The notes beneath the pieces were generated by a model that did not search any database, had not been told where the DNA came from, and saw nothing but the letters and a program-made list of their open reading frames with translations. DNA of 9,765 nt from a virus (Duplodnaviria; Heunggongvirae; Uroviricota; Caudoviricetes): IMG/VR virus record IMGVR_UViG_2609459769_000004, one strand, 5' to 3'. How positions within the stretch are numbered: the first letter of the stretch is position 1; each line of letters begins with the position of its first letter. A program made the position numbers and the translations under genes. Of the stretch, positions 6,636 through 9,765 are shown piece by piece.

Positions 6636-6796
6636 CTATCGCCCTCATTTTTTAGTCCGTCATGTAGTCCATTCAAGCCAATAACAAGCGATAAACTAAC
6701 TCATTATCAAGCAAAGAGAGGAAACTCATAAAATCACAACTCATTGAAAAGACTATGAAACGACACCAGAACATACAAACAGGTAAGAAATGTACC
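6636..6796. promoter_or_regulatory. AT-rich integrase-upstream region with three direct AACTCAT repeats; candidate int promoter / attachment-arm region and junction with the truncated terminase
   Basis: AACTCAT(T/A) at 6698-6705, 6723-6730 and 6738-6746. The region lies between the integrase start (6635) and the premature end of the terminase ORF (6797). Confidence 0.3.
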
Positions 6797-7804
6797 CTAC
6801 ATCCAGAATGACGCAATCCGGGAATTTCGTGGCGTTCCGGTGATACTGCCGTCCGCCACCGCCCGTTCACCTTCACGAAGCCAGATCCCTTTGTTATTCA
6901 GTTCGCGTTTCTGCTCAGGGGCAATCAGCCCGCGACAATGCGGACACATCAGACGGGCAGCCTGACCGGCAGCCACAAAATCCGGGTTATTCCGGTATCC
7001 GGTCATGTTATCCATCACCGGCTGAAAATATTCCCCGCAGTGCGGACACGGCCAGTACCACCGGCGGCGGTCTCCCCGGTTATACAGTGACAGGATCCCC
7101 GTTGTTGGCGGTGCCTCATGTGCGCCGCCACAGCGCCATTTGGTGTCAGTGATATCCCGCCCCGGCGAACTCTCGACCAGGGTCATCCCCGAGGACATAA
7201 AGGTGGTGGTACGCTTTGATGCCAGGGTGAAGGCATCCCCTTCCCCGTCCACGTTTTCAGGGAAACGGTCATAATCCGTCAGCGCCACACGACGGTAATC
7301 CGAAGAAGAAAATACAGTGATCGACGGCCAGCCAATCTTCAGGAAGGAGCCGTCAAGAAACATTTTATCGTGGACGTTGTTGTCATTACGGGAAGGACTG
7401 AGGCGCTTGCTGACCTCCGGACTGTGGCGAAACGTTCTGGAAAGACGCGTTCTGGAATGCTCACGCGCCTTCGTCTCAGTCATCTGCACCACCAGCATAT
7501 CCGCCGGATCACAGATGATGCCGTACACAATCCAGCCATCAATCAGCCCTTCGGTTTTCCCGGTTCGCGCAGGTCCCACAAACACCACCGCGTCATATTC
7601 ACGGGCTGATAATGTATTAATGGGGTCAATCATATAGGGCGTCAGCGATGACTCCCACGGACCGGAAGTATTGGCTCCCCGTGGTACCCGCATATAACGC
7701 CTGATGGCTTCCGCTACTGGTAACCGGCTGGGTGGGCGAAACAGCGAGGCCACTTCGCGCCAGATATCGGATGCGCGGCTATGGCTCTCGTTCACCTGAT
7801 TCAC
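6797..7804 (-). pseudogene. Terminase large subunit (lambda gpA-like), N-terminal 335 aa only; truncated
   Basis: SLFRPP...VAEAIRRY, Walker-A-like GPARTGKTE, CPHCGEY...CPHC and NKGIWLREG parallel lambda gpA. Lambda gpA is about 640 aa; here the ORF ends at ...ASFWM* with no continuation. Confidence 0.85.
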
Positions 7805-8277
7805 ATATCGGCCTCATCACAACAGTCAATGACTGCCTTTTCCAGTGTATCGCGGATCTCATCAACCACAATCTGTACTTCATTCAGTTGTGATGCGGTC
7901 CACCCCCTGTCCCTCTCCAGCCGGTCAGGCCAGGTTTCCAGTACCTGAACTATCGCTTTCACCACGACAGAAAAGGACCGCCTGACATCACTGACTGGCA
8001 CAAGCTGAACAGTTTCATGCTGAAATTTAAGACGCTCGCGCTCGGACTGATACCATGCCTTCCGATCATGTGGGTTCATCTCTTCATCTTCGGAAGCCGG
8101 TGGTTTTTCCAGCAACGAAATAATCAAATCCGTCAGGAGATACATTTTTTTCTTTTCATTACTGCCTGGTGCAAGAGGAACATCCGCCATTCTGGCGGCA
8201 ACAGTCTGCCGGTGCAGACCTGAAAGGGCTGCCAGTTGATTAATATTTAACTTCATATTTTTCAGCTCGCCGTCCAT
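7801..8277 (-). CDS. Terminase small subunit (lambda Nu1-like), 158 aa
   Basis: N-terminal HTH-like LNINQLAALSGLHRQTVAARMAD parallels the start of lambda Nu1. SD GGAGGG 7 nt upstream. Stop overlaps the TerL start (ATGA). Start is about 187 bp from the putative cosN, as in lambda. Confidence 0.85.
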   Translation of the reverse strand: MDGELKNMKLNINQLAALSGLHRQTVAARMADVPLAPGSNEKKKMYLLTDLIISLLEKPPASEDEEMNPHDRKAWYQSERERLKFQHETVQLVPVSDVRRSFSVVVKAIVQVLETWPDRLERDRGWTASQLNEVQIVVDEIRDTLEKAVIDCCDEADM

Positions 8278-8289
8278 TCACATCCCTCC

Positions 8290-8490
8290 ACATAAACCGC
8301 TGAACAAAAGTGGCTCTTTTTTTGTAAAGAAATGCCGCCATATAAAGATGTCGAACAAAAATCAACCACAATCATCATCTTTTTAATGCTAAATACATTA
8401 AAAACAACAAGTTACGCTAATGATGATGATGACGATAAAATCACAAAAATGCGCCTTTTTCCGCGCCGTCCGCCCCGTGTTCAGGCCCAC
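8290..8490 (-). other. Lambda-like cos site region (cosN about 8464-8475, cosB towards Nu1)
   Basis: Minus-strand GGGCGGACGGCG resembles the lambda cohesive end GGGCGGCGACCT. Downstream CGTCAT...AACTTGTTGTTTTTAATGTATTTA parallels lambda CGTCATAACTTAATGTTTTTATTTA (recalled from memory). No ORF of 60 aa or more on the minus strand in this interval. Confidence 0.5.
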
Positions 8491-8729
8491 CCCACCAGGA
8501 GGACCCGCAAAAACGATAATGGTTATCATTTTCAATGTAGTCCGGTTTCTTCCACCATCGCACCGGACAGGCGACTATGAGGGGACAACGCCGCGCTCCG
8601 TTAACGCGGTAAACCCCGGTGTGTATCGTTTTTGATTATCCCCGCACACTCGCGCAGAGGAGTCTCCCTGTCGGGCTGCGGTCTCTGTTAATGAGGGAAT
8701 ACAGCGACGATACGGCGCATCAACAAAAC

Positions 8730-9197
8730 TTATTTCAGGCACTGAGTACGGATATATTCCTGCGCCCCTTCCAGTTGCTTGTGCATCGTCATCAGCCGCT
8801 CTCTGAGGGTGAAATAATCCCGTTCAGCGGTGTCTGCCAGTCGGGGGCCGGTTGCATTATCCACGCGGGCGGTGCCGGTGGCTTCACGCACGGGACCTGG
8901 ACAGGTGGCGTTGATACGCAGGCGCTTACGACCAGCGGCAACGTCAGCGCGAAGAGTTTCATTTTCAGCTCTCGCATCGGCTAATTCCCTCGAGTATTTT
9001 GCATCGAGCGCAGCAACATCACGCTGACGCATCTGCATGTCAGTAATTGCCGCGTTCGCCAGCTTCAGTTCTCTGACATTTTTGTCGCGCTGGGCTTTGT
9101 AGGTAATGGCGTTATCACGGTAATGATTCAGCCCCAGACTAAGCGCACCACAGGCCACCAGCATGACAATAATCACCACACACAGAACACGGTTCAT
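8730..9197 (-). CDS. Rz: Rz i-spanin, 155 aa
   Basis: [67 protein letters not shown]... is near-identical in pattern to lambda Rz, with an N-terminal TM segment. Confidence 0.9.
   Translation of the reverse strand: MNRVLCVVIIVMLVACGALSLGLNHYRDNAITYKAQRDKNVRELKLANAAITDMQMRQRDVAALDAKYSRELADARAENETLRADVAAGRKRLRINATCPGPVREATGTARVDNATGPRLADTAERDYFTLRERLMTMHKQLEGAQEYIRTQCLK
8792..8977 (-). CDS. Rz1: Rz1 o-spanin lipoprotein, 61 aa, embedded in the +1 frame of Rz
   Basis: [61 protein letters not shown] has a lipobox LVVSAC and proline-rich core matching lambda Rz1. Confidence 0.85.
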   Translation of the reverse strand: MRELKMKLFALTLPLVVSACVSTPPVQVPCVKPPAPPAWIMQPAPDWQTPLNGIISPSESG

Positions 9198-9198
9198 A

Positions 9199-9285
9199 TC
9201 ACCACCAACGGATTGCCCAGACCAGAACAGCAATGGCCACAATACGAATGGCAAATGCCATTGCCCGAATAAGTTCAGCACTCAT
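9199..9285 (-). CDS. Candidate 28-aa hydrophobic peptide immediately upstream of Rz
   Basis: ATG at 9285; [28 protein letters not shown]; stop TGA is 1 nt before the Rz ATG. No recognisable SD, so this may not be expressed. Confidence 0.2.
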   Translation of the reverse strand: MSAELIRAMAFAIRIVAIAVLVWAIRWW

Positions 9286-9296
9286 CTTTTTAAAGT

Positions 9297-9547
9297 TCAC
9301 GATTTCAGCGCAATGACCAGTTTTGCCAGCCCATATAGCATCGGAGACACAGCAATACCAACAGCCACCCACTTAATAGCAAAAGCCAGCGCTCTGCTGA
9401 TGTCATCAGTCACTGTCACCCCAGCAGCCCCGACGAAGACAACATCACCCAGGCGAGGGACAGAAAAAGAGCAACCAGCATTAGTGAAAATGAAATACCG
9501 ACAATCACACACAGGACCTTTGCCGGCGTTATGAGTTTGTCTGACAT
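9297..9547 (-). pseudogene. Candidate holin-like small membrane protein, apparently frameshifted (two frames, two TM segments)
   Basis: Frame A: MSDKLITPAKVLCVIVGISFSLMLVALFLSLAWVMLSSSGLLG* (9547-9416). A second frame continues ...VTVTDDISRALAFAIKWVAVGIAVSPMLYGLAKLVIALKS* (to 9297). It sits in the position where lambdoid phages carry holin/endolysin genes. Confidence 0.3.
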
Positions 9548-9549
9548 AG

Positions 9550-9645
9550 CTACCCCTTAATTGCCACAATTAACTGGGATACTACCCATAAAAAAGGGAT
9601 GCTCCAGACCAGCAAAAATTTCCAGTTTGGTAATTGACTAATCAT
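9550..9645 (-). CDS. Candidate 31-aa hydrophobic peptide
   Basis: SD AGGGAG 7 nt upstream of the ATG at 9645. MISQLPNWKFLLVWSIPFLWVVSQLIVAIKG, with the stop 2 nt before the next ATG. Confidence 0.3.
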   Translation of the reverse strand: MISQLPNWKFLLVWSIPFLWVVSQLIVAIKG

Positions 9646-9716
9646 GAGTCGCAACTCCCTAATCAGTTTGCTAAAATCAATCAAGGCAGCCTCCCATAGC
9701 TTACTGCCATAAAAAC

Positions 9717-9760
9717 AAAACCCCGCTTGCTGCCAACAAACGGGGTTTTTACTTTTATTC
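9717..9760. terminator. Hairpin with flanking T/A tracts; likely bidirectional intrinsic terminator
   Basis: AAAACCCCG ... CGGGGTTTTT with an imperfect extended stem, followed by TTTTTACTTTTATT on the plus strand and preceded by AAAAACAAAA. Confidence 0.6.
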
Positions 9761-9765
9761 ACTTA

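Larger units (their letters stand above)
1644..6796 (-). mobile_element. P4-like / satellite-type integrative module (integrase, AlpA, Bro-N, regulator, Icd-like small-ORF operon), apparently truncated at its left side
   Basis: Gene content and order (int, alpA, Icd-like, small-ORF operon) are typical of P4-like prophages. Both edges abut unrelated lambdoid remnants (tail fibre at 1771 and below; terminase fragment at 6797 and above). Confidence 0.5.

Noticed and set aside
8332-9027. Plus-strand ORFs of 82, 71, 121 and 65 aa
   Set aside because: They lie in the cos region or antisense to Rz, have no SD, and the interval matches lambda cos non-coding sequence. No bor-like lipoprotein signal was seen.
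9550-9762. 70-aa minus-strand ORF
   Set aside because: Its N-terminal 39 codons run through the terminator hairpin. Only the last 31 codons, starting at an internal ATG with an SD, are plausible.
1-9765. Search for a canonical enzymatic defence system (reverse transcriptase, nuclease/helicase, CRISPR-Cas, restriction-modification)
   Set aside because: Apart from the integrase and the terminase fragment, no ORF in the window is long enough or carries motifs for such enzymes. Any novel function here would have to reside in small proteins or RNA elements.

Overview
Window starts inside a tRNA-Ser(UGA) gene and runs through a mosaic of mobile-element remnants, probably in an E. coli-like enterobacterial chromosome. 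All calls are from reading the sequence and ORF track by eye; no database search was run. Three modules on the minus strand: (1) 669-1771, a 5'-truncated tail-fibre gene with collagen-like Gly-X-Y repeats plus a tail-fibre-assembly gene; (2) about 1.65-6.8 kb, a P4-like/satellite-type module with a tyrosine integrase (5397-6635), AlpA-like gene, Bro-N protein, a divergent control region with a four-copy operator array, and a translationally coupled operon of seven small ORFs headed by an Icd-like protein; (3) 6797-9645, a lambdoid lysis/packaging remnant with Rz/Rz1, a lambda-like cos site, Nu1-like small terminase and a large terminase truncated after 335 aa. No rRNA, no CRISPR, and no large enzyme other than the integrase. 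The most promising unexplained items are the small-ORF operon with its operator array and leader hairpin, the small hydrophobic peptides where an endolysin should be, two homopolymeric tracts, and the integrase/terminase junction.
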